A stretch of DNA of 64,000 nt from an uncultured Methanosarcinales archaeon (GTDB taxonomy: Archaea; Nanobdellota; Nanobdellia; Woesearchaeales; GW2011-AR9). Below, in pieces: positions 28,501 to 37,571 of this stretch (the first letter of the stretch is position 1; each line of letters opens with the position of its first letter). The position numbers and the translations under genes are program-made. The stretch spans positions 72 to 64,071 of the forward strand of contig CAYFMM010000002.1 of NCBI GenBank assembly GCA_964344285.1, written 5' to 3'. Under the pieces are notes generated by a model that had not been told where the DNA came from, ran no database searches, and saw only the letters and a list, made by a program, of their open reading frames with translations.

Positions 28501-31500
28501 CAATATCTACAGTTTGTTCGCTAAACCCATTTCCGTAGTTCAATCTAATGATTGTTCCACTTGCATCAGTAAAACCATTATTATGAACAGTTACTTGTGT
28601 TTGGAGTTGGTTTAAGTTTTGACCTAAGTTGATAACATCAAATGCATCTAAAGATAAGTCTGCTAAATTAGATTGAACTATTAGTTGTTTAGTTCTTTGT
28701 GTCTGCAATCCAGAGCTATCTGTTGCAGTTACTGTAATATGATATACTCCTGATTGGGGTGCAACTAAAGTTCCTTCGTAAAGACCATTGTTTAAGACTA
28801 AGGATTGATCTTGAGAAGACAAGCCTGCATTTACTTGGGCAACTTCAACGTTGTCAGTTGTATTAACCCCGATTTGAAATGATGTCCCTGCAACAACCCT
28901 ATTTGGTGCAATGATTTGATGAATCACAGGTCTTGTTCCATCTTGAACTGTAATTGGGATTGTAAGTTGATTATTTGTTTCATCAGATTCTAAAACACTG
29001 TTAGCTGAATCAATTTCAATTGTCACATTATGAGCTCCTGCTGTTGCAGCCCACGTAAAAGGAATTGTGCTCACTTGACTTGTTAAAGACACTGTTTGTG
29101 ACTGAGTCTGATTACCATCAACAAAAAGAGTTGCCTGAGTTGTGTACGAAGAGCCCCCGTTCTTTTCTACAAAGACAGTGATTGTATTAACCACATTATC
29201 AGTCACAGGAAGTGGTTGGAAGTTCATCGCTGAAACAATTAAATCTGGTGTTTGAGAAAATACTTCAGCCAAGATCTGACGAGAAGAACGAAGTCCATTT
29301 ACATCTTCTACGATTATATCAATTGAATATTGACCTGCTTGAAGTAAAACTGTTCCTTCATATAAGTTAGTAGTTGGGTTTAATTGAAGGTTAACATTAT
29401 TTCCAGCAACTTGAGCAGTTACCGCTACAACACCCACATTGTCAACTGCGTCTACACTAATAAAAGTTGGGTTTCCTTCAATAACATTTGTTGCAGTCGC
29501 TTGATTAATTGTTGGAGGGGTTTGATCTAATGCCCATAGGGTTGTTGTTAGAATGTTATTTGCTTCATTTGACTCTGGTATTTGATTAGTTGGGTCTATT
29601 GAGATTGTGACATTATTCTGCCCAACATTAGGAGTAAAGGCAAATTGAATCAATTGATTAGATTGGCCCGCCACAGTAGTTGTCTGATTAGAGATAACAG
29701 CATTATTTACAAATAAACTGACCATCACATTTTGTGCGTTAGCTAAACCATAGTTAAACACAGTAACATTTAATGTTGAGGATGCTCCTTCGTAAAGAGT
29801 ATTCACTTGAATATTTTGTGCGTTAAGATCCGCTTCAGGACTAACGAAATTAAAAGTGAAATTTCTCGTGCTTGTTAAACCATTGATATTTGTAGCAGTT
29901 AGCCTGCCACTATACCTCCCAGGATTAGAACTAAACCAACCACTCCCTAAATAGATGTCGTTTGTCGAAGATGGAGAGAATATTGAGCCTAAGCTGTAAG
30001 GTTTTGCATATATAACCAATTCCACATTCCCTAAAAGAGGCGTCTCATCTGAGATATTTGCAGTTAGAGGAAATGATGAACCTACCATAATTGGATCGGG
30101 GTAATCTAAACTATTAATTATAGGCGCAGTCAAGTCGTCATACTGATACTGGATGTTTAAGTTTGAAATATTAAGAACACCGCTTGAAGCTGAAGACAAA
30201 ACAATTGGTACTTGACAAGTTGTCTGGCTTGGAGGACAGAGTACGTCGTCATTAAGGTAATTTTGTAAGTCTTGTGAAAAATCTGTTGTTGTTGCAACAC
30301 CTTGAAATTCTCCAGTATGATTCCAATTAACACTTAAATCATTTGCAGCATCAAGTGATGGGTCTCTTGGAAAGTTACTGTAAGTTACTTGTATATTTGA
30401 AAAGTCTAATCTTCCAAGGGTGTCTGAATGGAAGGTTACTGGAACTAAGCAGAGGTGTTGTTGAAGTTGACATCCAACACAATCACAAGCACCATTATTT
30501 AGCGCTTGATTAATCTCTTGTGCAAAGTCTGGCACGGTTTGAGTAATATTAAAAGTATTTTGATAACTCCATTCATAAGAGCCATCAGCAGTTCCAACCT
30601 CTATAAATGGATTTGAAGGGTATGAAGAGTTCGCAAAATTTGCAACACCAGGTAGTCCATAATATCCATTATTTCCTGAATTCTGCCAAGCGTTATTTTG
30701 TTGGAACCACCGTTGACCCCCAATACCAGCAAGACCTGATTGAAGTAATCTAGTTGAGCTATCTACAAGATACAAAGAGGAGATATAAAGGTTACCTGAG
30801 TTGCCACCGCCACCACCATGACCCCCTTGACCACCTTCTCCAAAAGGCCCATTATGTGTAATCCTCTTTCCGCCATTACCTCCATTACCACCAGCGCTGC
30901 CAGAAAGGTCTATATTACCAGACAATAAAACGTTTTTTGCATAGAATCCAAGATTCCCGCCAGGGCTCCCTGCAACACCGCCTGCACCTCCGCCACCGCC
31001 AGCATCTAAGCACCAAGTACACTGCCATGAGCCTCCATGACTTAGCTGAACTGAACCATCTTGTCCATCAGCTCCATATGAATTTCCACCTGCACCACTT
31101 CGAACGTTAACTGAACAACCATAACCCCCTAATTCTGCAAGAGCTGAACCTGCCCCGCCTGCGCTAAAGCCATTTGCAGAAGAACCATCTTGTCTACGAA
31201 GACCATTCCCCCCTGAGAGATCAACGCTAGCTCCTGCTTGGCCAAAAGGAGTTCCGCCACCCACATTATTCCCTCCGTTATTAGGCCTATAATCACAATT
31301 AGTGCCCCCTCCTCTACCACTTGCTCCATACCCTGAAGTCTCACCACTCCCACTTCGTCCAACACCATTGGCACCAGATACTAGGACACCTGAAAGGTCA
31401 ACATCACCAGAAATAGTTACGCCATTTTGTGCACGAATAATCATTGTGTTTCCAGTGGTATCTTGTGTTGAAAGTGTTTTCCCAGTGCCAAGGTTGATAT

Positions 31501-33034
31501 TTGTAAATTGATACTCCTGATCCATGTTAAGATAAATTGTGTTTCCATTAACAGTATAATCTTGACCTTGAATCAGATTACCTAAAGAGGTTGCTGAGTT
31601 AGTAAAAATTAATTCTCCATCGCTACCATCCCCCATATTTATTGGAACGTCCATAGTACCAGTAATATCAAAGGTTGCAGAGCTTACATTTGCAAAACGG
31701 TTAACAACAATGCGATAAACTGGATCTGCTGTAGGGCCAATATGAATTGAACCAAAAGGTAAGAACTGGTTAAATACAATCACTACAGAGCCAGGTCCGA
31801 TTTTTACTTCTGTTTGTTCAGATTCTATTTCTAAGACAAAACTCCCAGAGTCTTGTATTGTAGGGTTAAATGAACCAACCATCTGTGCCTGTCCCTGTAA
31901 AACTTCAAAAGGCATGCCTTGATTTTTCACTTGTAATAAATCTTGTTTTAATTGTGTCCAATCTTTTGTAAAATAGTGATTTGCAAAATCTTCTGCTTGG
32001 TATAAATTCAAATAAGTTCTTGGAGGAAACTGCTCAATTTCTACTTCTGGCGCACATGTAACTTCCCCATTGTTATCTTCACAAGAAGGTGCAGGCATAT
32101 TTGTAACTTTTGGATATAATTCAGCTTCATCTACTTTATAGGTTTCTTTATCGACACCTAACTTTGTTAAACAGATATCAAAGTTATCTTCAGGATTACA
32201 TCTTTGAAAGACTTCTTTTACAAACTCGTCTTTCCATTGCCATTGCACACGATAAAAGTTTCCTTGAATATACTCTAAAGAATATTCTAAGTAATTAGAG
32301 ATGTAATCCTGTCTAGAGATCTCCCATGCGTGTGCAGTTGAATCTAATGAATCTAGTGAAGCTTGTAATTGATTAGCATCAAATTGACATTGGGATGTTG
32401 TTGGGCTTGGAGGGTTATTATGGGAAGGATCATTTGTTCTTGCATAACAATCATTTGAATCAACATAGAAGTGAGAAATTGTGTTGTCGTGGCGACAATC
32501 AGTTTGTAACTCAACCCAATTAGGAGTACAACCTGTATCTAATGAGGGAAGAGTAAACACATTAAAGTTCTCCACAGTAATTAAGTGTGAAAGTTCTTCG
32601 TCAGGATAAATGACTTCAATTTCAGGAATATTTTGAGTAGAGGTTTCTTCTAAAGTTAAAGTTCCAATTTGAGAAGAGGAAGCAAATTCTTCGTCTCCTT
32701 CAAATAACAAAGACATTTCATGGGTACCAAACTCGGTCCATTGGAAAAGAGCTTTTCCATCAACATCTGTTATCTGTGAGTCTTGTAGATTGTCATCGAT
32801 GTATAAATCAACTTGTTTTGCCTCTAGCGGCATGTTTTCAACATCAGTTAGTTGTGTTTCTATTTCTATAATATCAGATTGGGGGGTTGTGACAGATGTG
32901 AGAACTGTTTTCACAAGAGGGTTTTCAACCTGACTTAAAGCAATTGAAGAGATAATTACTAAGAGTAATACAAGTACGGAACCGAACAGTAATTTATTCC
33001 TCATTTGAAAGACCCTCCACTTGTGCAATGGCAC
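25586..33034 (-). CDS. Giant (about 2470-2482 aa) secreted adhesin-like protein: signal peptide, N-terminal Cys-containing region, Gly/Asn-rich segment, 3 CARDB-like + 3 Ig-like alternating repeats, then ~9-10 FN3-like repeats
   Basis: Probable true start at the internal Met 'MRNKLLFGSVLVLLLVIISSIALSQV' (~33004). CARDB hallmark endings 'ESNEANN', 'ESDETNN', 'ESDEGNN'. FN3-like unit 'PxAPTxxxxPxxWTxQxxHxVxWxxVxDxSGIxxYEYxxDGGxW...RAxDNxGNxG' repeated from ~28360 down to ~25850. Gly-rich segment 'GGNGGNGGKRITHNGPFGEGGQGGHGGGGGNSGN' lies at ~30700-31400. Its 5' end overlaps the 3' end of the subtilase gene. Confidence 0.7.
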   Translation of the reverse strand: MPLHKWRVFQMRNKLLFGSVLVLLLVIISSIALSQVENPLVKTVLTSVTTPQSDIIEIETQLTDVENMPLEAKQVDLYIDDNLQDSQITDVDGKALFQWTEFGTHEMSLLFEGDEEFASSSQIGTLTLEETSTQNIPEIEVIYPDEELSHLITVENFNVFTLPSLDTGCTPNWVELQTDCRHDNTISHFYVDSNDCYARTNDPSHNNPPSPTTSQCQFDANQLQASLDSLDSTAHAWEISRQDYISNYLEYSLEYIQGNFYRVQWQWKDEFVKEVFQRCNPEDNFDICLTKLGVDKETYKVDEAELYPKVTNMPAPSCEDNNGEVTCAPEVEIEQFPPRTYLNLYQAEDFANHYFTKDWTQLKQDLLQVKNQGMPFEVLQGQAQMVGSFNPTIQDSGSFVLEIESEQTEVKIGPGSVVIVFNQFLPFGSIHIGPTADPVYRIVVNRFANVSSATFDITGTMDVPINMGDGSDGELIFTNSATSLGNLIQGQDYTVNGNTIYLNMDQEYQFTNINLGTGKTLSTQDTTGNTMIIRAQNGVTISGDVDLSGVLVSGANGVGRSGSGETSGYGASGRGGGTNCDYRPNNGGNNVGGGTPFGQAGASVDLSGGNGLRRQDGSSANGFSAGGAGSALAELGGYGCSVNVRSGAGGNSYGADGQDGSVQLSHGGSWQCTWCLDAGGGGGAGGVAGSPGGNLGFYAKNVLLSGNIDLSGSAGGNGGNGGKRITHNGPFGEGGQGGHGGGGGNSGNLYISSLYLVDSSTRLLQSGLAGIGGQRWFQQNNAWQNSGNNGYYGLPGVANFANSSYPSNPFIEVGTADGSYEWSYQNTFNITQTVPDFAQEINQALNNGACDCVGCQLQQHLCLVPVTFHSDTLGRLDFSNIQVTYSNFPRDPSLDAANDLSVNWNHTGEFQGVATTTDFSQDLQNYLNDDVLCPPSQTTCQVPIVLSSASSGVLNISNLNIQYQYDDLTAPIINSLDYPDPIMVGSSFPLTANISDETPLLGNVELVIYAKPYSLGSIFSPSSTNDIYLGSGWFSSNPGRYSGRLTATNINGLTSTRNFTFNFVSPEADLNAQNIQVNTLYEGASSTLNVTVFNYGLANAQNVMVSLFVNNAVISNQTTTVAGQSNQLIQFAFTPNVGQNNVTISIDPTNQIPESNEANNILTTTLWALDQTPPTINQATATNVIEGNPTFISVDAVDNVGVVAVTAQVAGNNVNLQLNPTTNLYEGTVLLQAGQYSIDIIVEDVNGLRSSRQILAEVFSQTPDLIVSAMNFQPLPVTDNVVNTITVFVEKNGGSSYTTQATLFVDGNQTQSQTVSLTSQVSTIPFTWAATAGAHNVTIEIDSANSVLESDETNNQLTIPITVQDGTRPVIHQIIAPNRVVAGTSFQIGVNTTDNVEVAQVNAGLSSQDQSLVLNNGLYEGTLVAPQSGVYHITVTATDSSGLQTQRTKQLIVQSNLADLSLDAFDVINLGQNLNQLQTQVTVHNNGFTDASGTIIRLNYGNGFSEQTVDIAQQSSQTLTFVWNATTYGDQQMTVTADFPDLITESDEGNNEVTKEVTVLDLEGPVAPTVNAAPFNWTTQTTHQVSWTTVTDLSGISHYEYSIDGGVWTSVGTATSVTTPSQTDGTHLIAVRAVDNFGNLGEVGTTNLFIDTLPPNPIFLQEWHSGSEWTTHDSPYYTWDHPGDAGSGIQTYFLSGNSVSTPIEENYFHPTHPSGIYDLSVIAIDFLNHQTFSNVVTVKIDKENPSTPTITSNSHPDDQMWYSNNIVEISANATDNHSGIAGYHYVTDTFTNTVPGRMNRFSNAGSFNLSSVGAFTNQSQAVFPDGQWNVHVVAVDEVGLFSSASTYHFKVDSKAPVAPTLTVSPPTWTTQSTVQVSWDSINDLSGVNYYEYAIDAGTWTSVGSTTTLTTPTLTSGVHNISVRAIDNAGNVGAIAQASIYIDTTAPAAPDVVINPNTWTNQNSHALTWSAVTDASGISHYEYQVGSSAPINASLNQSATITVPEGTHIVSVYAVDTAGNQGGIGFVTAQVDQTPPPSPTLNTAHTTWTPVQVHTVTWSDPVDASGISSYEYRVDGAAWQAITIREATTQTLAHGIHTMEVRAIDNAGNVGPASNISLYVDLQGPAAPMVQSDPNSPTNNDQPRIYWQALNDVSGIAEYEYSVDGNPWVIVGTQTEFYPQFNLPDGITNIGVRAIDNSGNTGAIGNLDVTIDTTPPNAVTFGTLYPEWTQQTQFDVIWNVLADSINYYEYRVDSNPWQSVIGKSFSTSSLSDGVHPVEVRAIDAAGNIGQIASQDLKVDTTAPGTPSLTTAYTNWINIQQHTVSWSPISDLSGIKYYEYRTNGGSWQQTLLTSIGINLGQGTHLIEVRAVDNALNEGNIASIQLFVDLTPPTISNYGPAGQVTTTQPLIEAQFSDLLSGIDVGNVMLKLDGNIVTSSATITPSGISYTPSPLFGGYHDVALIIHDEAGNQAIQDWTFKSPFGE

Positions 33035-36000
33035 TAGTTATTGTTGCTGATTTTGGAAGTGTAACATAAACGATTTGTTGCCCTCCCTGTTGAAAGGTCA
33101 CATTTTGACTATTTCTGCCATCTGAGAATGTTGATAAGGTATTTGATTGAGCGGAGGTAACGATTACTTGAACTGAATCTTGAGACTGCACACCATGACT
33201 GTCAGTAACTGTTGCAGTGATCACATGAGCACCTAATGCTAGGTTTGCAACCGCTAAAGGTGCTGTCGCAATAAGATTATTCCCATCTCTCCATTCAACC
33301 GTATTAATAGTGCCATCTTCTAAATCAGTAGCAGTAGCACTAAGAGTTATTGTTGATCCTTCTAAAAAGTACTCGTTGGAAAGAGGACTTTGGATGCTAA
33401 CTTGAGGTGGCATTGATGTAATTGTAATTTGCGAAGTTGCAACGTGAGTTAATCCATCGTTATCAGTTGCTTGAGCTGTAATCTGATGTGTACCTATTTG
33501 TAAGCTTGATGTTGCTAGTTGTTCTCCCGAACCAAGATATCCATCTAAGGAAGAAGTCCAAGTAACATTAGTTACATTTCCGTCTAAGTCTATTACTAAG
33601 GAGCGTAGAAGCAATGGATTTGAATTAACCGCATTTGAATTATGCATCGGCGATAATATAGATACTGTAGGAGGAAGAGGTGCATGTTGTTGTACTAAAA
33701 CCGTATGTGAATTAGAGAGACCATTAGAATCTGTAACTGATGCAGTAAGTAAATGATATCCCACAGAAAGTGTTCTTGAAAGAACATTTCCCGTGCCAAG
33801 AGAACCATCTAAGGAAGAAGTCCATTGAAGACTTGAGTTCAGATTTCCTTCATGAGGATCATAAGCAGAACCAATTAAAGTAAGAAGGCGATTAAAGAAA
33901 CTTTGTGAGTTGTTAGTAGGAGTTATTATTTGAACTATAGGAGTTGATTCTTCAATTTCAATAGTTACGGATTGCATTGCAGTTGTTGAGGAAGAGTCCA
34001 CTACAAAGTAAGTCAAAGTATGATTACCTACACTTAAGTTTTGTATGTTTACAAGGTTTGAATTTGCAATAGGACCATCTAAAGAAGAGTTCCAACTCCC
34101 TGGGAGACTACCATCTTCAGGATCATTTGCAGTTGCGTCCAAGTAGATGATTTCACCTTCTTCAAACATCTGACTTGTTAGAGGAGAGTTAAGAGTGATT
34201 ACAGGAGGTTGTGAAGGAACAATAGAGATTGTTACTTGATGCGTATTTGTATTACCGTCTGAGTCTTGCACAGTTAAGGTAATGCGATGTTCTCCCAAAG
34301 AGAGGGTTGATGCATTAATTACATTGCCATTTCCAAGATTACCATCACGATCAGAAACCCACCTGAATAAAGATTCATTTAAAGTTCCGTCTTTAACATC
34401 ATACCCATCTCCAATTAATTCTAAGCTGGAATTAACTGCTGCTTGGTGGCCATTTTGAGGAGAGTAAATTTGAGCTTGTGGTAAAGGATCGACCACTTGA
34501 ATCTGTTCACTCCTTTCATTATTAAACTCATTGAATTCAACCACAGCATTTTGTGAATCTAGTTCAACAGTAATTTTATGTACCCCCATAAACGCCGAGG
34601 TAAATGTTGTATTTAATTGATAATGTTGACTTGGAGCAATTGCGGGAAGCAAAACTGTGCTAAAAGTGCTAAGACCCAAAGAGGAGTTGTCTGTAAAGCG
34701 CACAGTTGTAGGAGTTGATGCAACACTCCCTTCATTTGAAACTAGTACACTAACAGTTGTTGGAGCATTTGCATCAGGTGTGAGTGATGAAAATGCAAGT
34801 GCAATAGGAACTAAATCAGGTTGATTTGGATTTCTTGCAGTGCTAAAGTAAACATTATTATCTCGCACAAAAGATTCAATATTAGTGTCATCCATTACTT
34901 GTTGAGTGTGGTTAGAAATATTCCCTGTAATGTTTGGAGCTAGTGCACCAAATTCAATGCCCCCATACCAGTCAATTGCATGATTGTTTCCTAAAAAATC
35001 AGGCACATTTTGTTGAGTGTAAAGATATTGCCATGCCTGTTGATTCCAATATGTTTCATCAAAAGGAATTTCCACACTGCTAATATTATTTGAATCAATA
35101 ATATTTCCAAATGGAAGAGTAGCCCTATTTTGTTGTTTGTACCATTGTGCTATTGCAAGAGATTTTGCTGCTCTGCGTAGTTCTTCATACTCAGGTGCGG
35201 AATTGATTTTTTGTACAGTTTGTGCTGTAACTTGATTTAGATGACCATTAATATGACGTTGTTGCCACTGTAGTAATCTTGCATCTAAATCATCTTGAAT
35301 CTGTTGATTAAAGTTATACAGAGAAAGATCTAAATAAATTGCATCCCACACATAATCAATATTTAACGTAACATTTTCTACAAATACATTACAACCTCTG
35401 CTTGTTGCATCAAGTTGCTCTGGATAGATCCACGTTCTTCTAAAACCCTGGGGAAAGGCATTAAATCCTTGTGCTTGAATCTGATTCCAGTAAGGACTTG
35501 CTTGTACTGTTGCAATCCAATCAAGCATCATTGTTCTTTCATAGTTTCCCGATGGAGAGCCAAATTGATCCCTTTTTAGTTGAACATCTGCAGCTAGAAG
35601 AGTTTGGCCTAATTTAGTTCTTTTTAGTTCATTGTGAACCCTACTTGTATCTCCCACTCTACCCAAAGGACCATTTCCAGGTTGGTGATCCATTGTAATC
35701 CAGAGATCATTGTTTGGGATTGCAAGTCCTGCAAGAAAATAGTCAACTGCATTTCTAGTTGCCTGTGATGCATTAATTGCAGGAAGACCCTCTTGTCCTT
35801 CCATTACAAACTGGACGTTGTTAGGATCACAAGTTGAGATATAATTTAAGTTGAGTGAGGTGAAGTCGATACCGGCAGGGTAAAGAGAGTCTACTTTTTT
35901 TGCTGAGACCGTGAATGGGACTGGCTTTCGGTTCCAACGATGGCCTTTTACCTTAATGATCCATTCTCCTGAAACTGCAGGGTTGATAGTTATCTTTTTA

Positions 36001-37571
36001 TTAAGAGAAGAATCATATGAGAAATATTCAGTCCCATTAGGGGCAACTAAAGAAAGATTAACTTTCTCCATTGATTGTTGATTTAATGAAACTTCAAAAG
36101 CAGGGGCAGTACTAGGAACTGTTAAATTAGTTCTCCAGATTTGTTTCCTGTGTACTTCACCCGAAGCAATTTCTCTGAATTGAATTGTGTTTAGGTAATT
36201 TATTGCTGCCCAAACGTCGATACGAGAAACTGTTATGTTCGTCTCTCCATCGTAGATGGGAACCCCAGATTTATTCAAAAGAAAGTATAATTCCATAGGA
36301 GTAGGATCTACACCAAATTGTTCCATGGAATATTGTTTAATTAGGCCCGCTGCTCCAGAAACGTGAGGAGTTGCCATGGAAGTACCTCCTTCACTTCTGT
36401 GAAGATTATTCTTATTCCATAGAGATTTTATACCAGATGCCCCTTGGATTCCGCCCCCTGGTGCTACCAGATCCAGTCTTGCCCCTCTCTCCCTAGATGG
36501 ACCTCGGTTGGTGTAATCTGTAAGTGCATAACTAGCATCATATTTTGCCACCGAGCCGACCGAAAATGATCTAGGGCCACAAGCAGGAGCATTAATACCA
36601 TCCCTAAGAAAATCATTACCCGAAGCCACATAAGAAGGAATTCCCAGATGGTAAGCAGTATTGATTGCACTAATTGCATTATAATCAGGATCATAACATC
36701 CATCCCGCCATGTTTCTTTTTCAGTCCCAATACTCATTGAAATGATAGATATATTTAACCTATCTTTATTCCTAATACACCATTCAACACCTTCCTCAGC
36801 AATAACGTCATCACCATTCCCTTCCTCATCAAGAACTTTTATAGCAACAATGTTGATTCCTTTAGCAACACCTGTTGCAATAGGGGAAGTAGATGCAATA
36901 ATCCCTGCTACATGAGTCCCATGACTTTCGTCATCATAAGGATCATTATCTCCATTAATGATATCTGTACCACCGACAACAACACTACAATTAGCTCTGT
37001 TGATGTCATTAGTCCTTGAGCAATTCCCCATATAACTATGGGTATAATCTACTCCCGTATCTAAAACACATACAGATTGAAATCTTATGTTATTTACAAG
37101 AGGTTGGGCCAAGTGGGCGTTTATCGAAGCCACACTCCCTCCCACTGAAGGATTAGACCAATCCTGGGGAGCCCCTAATGAAGCATGCATTTTTCTTGGA
37201 AGGGTTATCAACTGGACGGACTCAAGAGAGTCTAATTTCTCTAAACCTTTTTTTGAAACCGAACCATATATAACTGGCCTTAAATCCAATTCTCCTTGTG
37301 GCACATAATCCTCTTCTCCAAGAAGATTAAGAACTTCATCTTTTTTTGCCCGATTATAATTTGCAATTAAGGGATATGCTTCTTCCATATTCCCAGGCAC
37401 ATAATTTTTTTCTAAAGAGATTTCGGGAGGCAAAGTGTCTTCAATAAAAATTGTCACTTTCACCCATTCTTGACTCTCAAGCACAGAGTAGACCTCATTA
37501 CCGATTACACTTTCTGCTAAAGTACTAGAAAGAAATAATATAAGGAGGAAAACTAAGAGTTTAACTCTCAT
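32994..37571 (-). CDS. 1525-aa secreted subtilisin-like serine protease (peptidase S8) with large central unknown domain and C-terminal array of ~5 Ig-like repeats bearing a 'DPEDG' motif
   Basis: Catalytic triad contexts 'VCVLDTGVDYTHS' (Asp, ~37060), 'HGTHVAGIIAST' (His) and 'GGTSMATPHVSGAAGL' (Ser, ~36370). C-terminal repeats 'A.A.DPEDG.L...W.S.LDG.LG.G..L....L..G.H.IT..VTDS.G' cover ~33000-34570. Confidence 0.8.
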   Translation of the reverse strand: MRVKLLVFLLILFLSSTLAESVIGNEVYSVLESQEWVKVTIFIEDTLPPEISLEKNYVPGNMEEAYPLIANYNRAKKDEVLNLLGEEDYVPQGELDLRPVIYGSVSKKGLEKLDSLESVQLITLPRKMHASLGAPQDWSNPSVGGSVASINAHLAQPLVNNIRFQSVCVLDTGVDYTHSYMGNCSRTNDINRANCSVVVGGTDIINGDNDPYDDESHGTHVAGIIASTSPIATGVAKGINIVAIKVLDEEGNGDDVIAEEGVEWCIRNKDRLNISIISMSIGTEKETWRDGCYDPDYNAISAINTAYHLGIPSYVASGNDFLRDGINAPACGPRSFSVGSVAKYDASYALTDYTNRGPSRERGARLDLVAPGGGIQGASGIKSLWNKNNLHRSEGGTSMATPHVSGAAGLIKQYSMEQFGVDPTPMELYFLLNKSGVPIYDGETNITVSRIDVWAAINYLNTIQFREIASGEVHRKQIWRTNLTVPSTAPAFEVSLNQQSMEKVNLSLVAPNGTEYFSYDSSLNKKITINPAVSGEWIIKVKGHRWNRKPVPFTVSAKKVDSLYPAGIDFTSLNLNYISTCDPNNVQFVMEGQEGLPAINASQATRNAVDYFLAGLAIPNNDLWITMDHQPGNGPLGRVGDTSRVHNELKRTKLGQTLLAADVQLKRDQFGSPSGNYERTMMLDWIATVQASPYWNQIQAQGFNAFPQGFRRTWIYPEQLDATSRGCNVFVENVTLNIDYVWDAIYLDLSLYNFNQQIQDDLDARLLQWQQRHINGHLNQVTAQTVQKINSAPEYEELRRAAKSLAIAQWYKQQNRATLPFGNIIDSNNISSVEIPFDETYWNQQAWQYLYTQQNVPDFLGNNHAIDWYGGIEFGALAPNITGNISNHTQQVMDDTNIESFVRDNNVYFSTARNPNQPDLVPIALAFSSLTPDANAPTTVSVLVSNEGSVASTPTTVRFTDNSSLGLSTFSTVLLPAIAPSQHYQLNTTFTSAFMGVHKITVELDSQNAVVEFNEFNNERSEQIQVVDPLPQAQIYSPQNGHQAAVNSSLELIGDGYDVKDGTLNESLFRWVSDRDGNLGNGNVINASTLSLGEHRITLTVQDSDGNTNTHQVTISIVPSQPPVITLNSPLTSQMFEEGEIIYLDATANDPEDGSLPGSWNSSLDGPIANSNLVNIQNLSVGNHTLTYFVVDSSSTTAMQSVTIEIEESTPIVQIITPTNNSQSFFNRLLTLIGSAYDPHEGNLNSSLQWTSSLDGSLGTGNVLSRTLSVGYHLLTASVTDSNGLSNSHTVLVQQHAPLPPTVSILSPMHNSNAVNSNPLLLRSLVIDLDGNVTNVTWTSSLDGYLGSGEQLATSSLQIGTHQITAQATDNDGLTHVATSQITITSMPPQVSIQSPLSNEYFLEGSTITLSATATDLEDGTINTVEWRDGNNLIATAPLAVANLALGAHVITATVTDSHGVQSQDSVQVIVTSAQSNTLSTFSDGRNSQNVTFQQGGQQIVYVTLPKSATITSAIAQVEGLSNEE

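Noticed and set aside
11245-32298. Many 60-130-aa ORFs on the opposite strand inside the large surface-protein genes (e.g. 11245..11541, 12209..12427, 12874..13257, 14128..14382, 14420..14680, 16293..16538, 19436..19681, 26339..26644, 27835..28089, 31129..31374, 31302..31511, 32110..32298)
   Set aside because: They are fully embedded antisense to long ORFs with strong domain evidence. Their composition is low-complexity and mirrors the sense-strand repeats (Q/L/H- or P-rich). No start context or motifs support them, so I take them as shadow ORFs.
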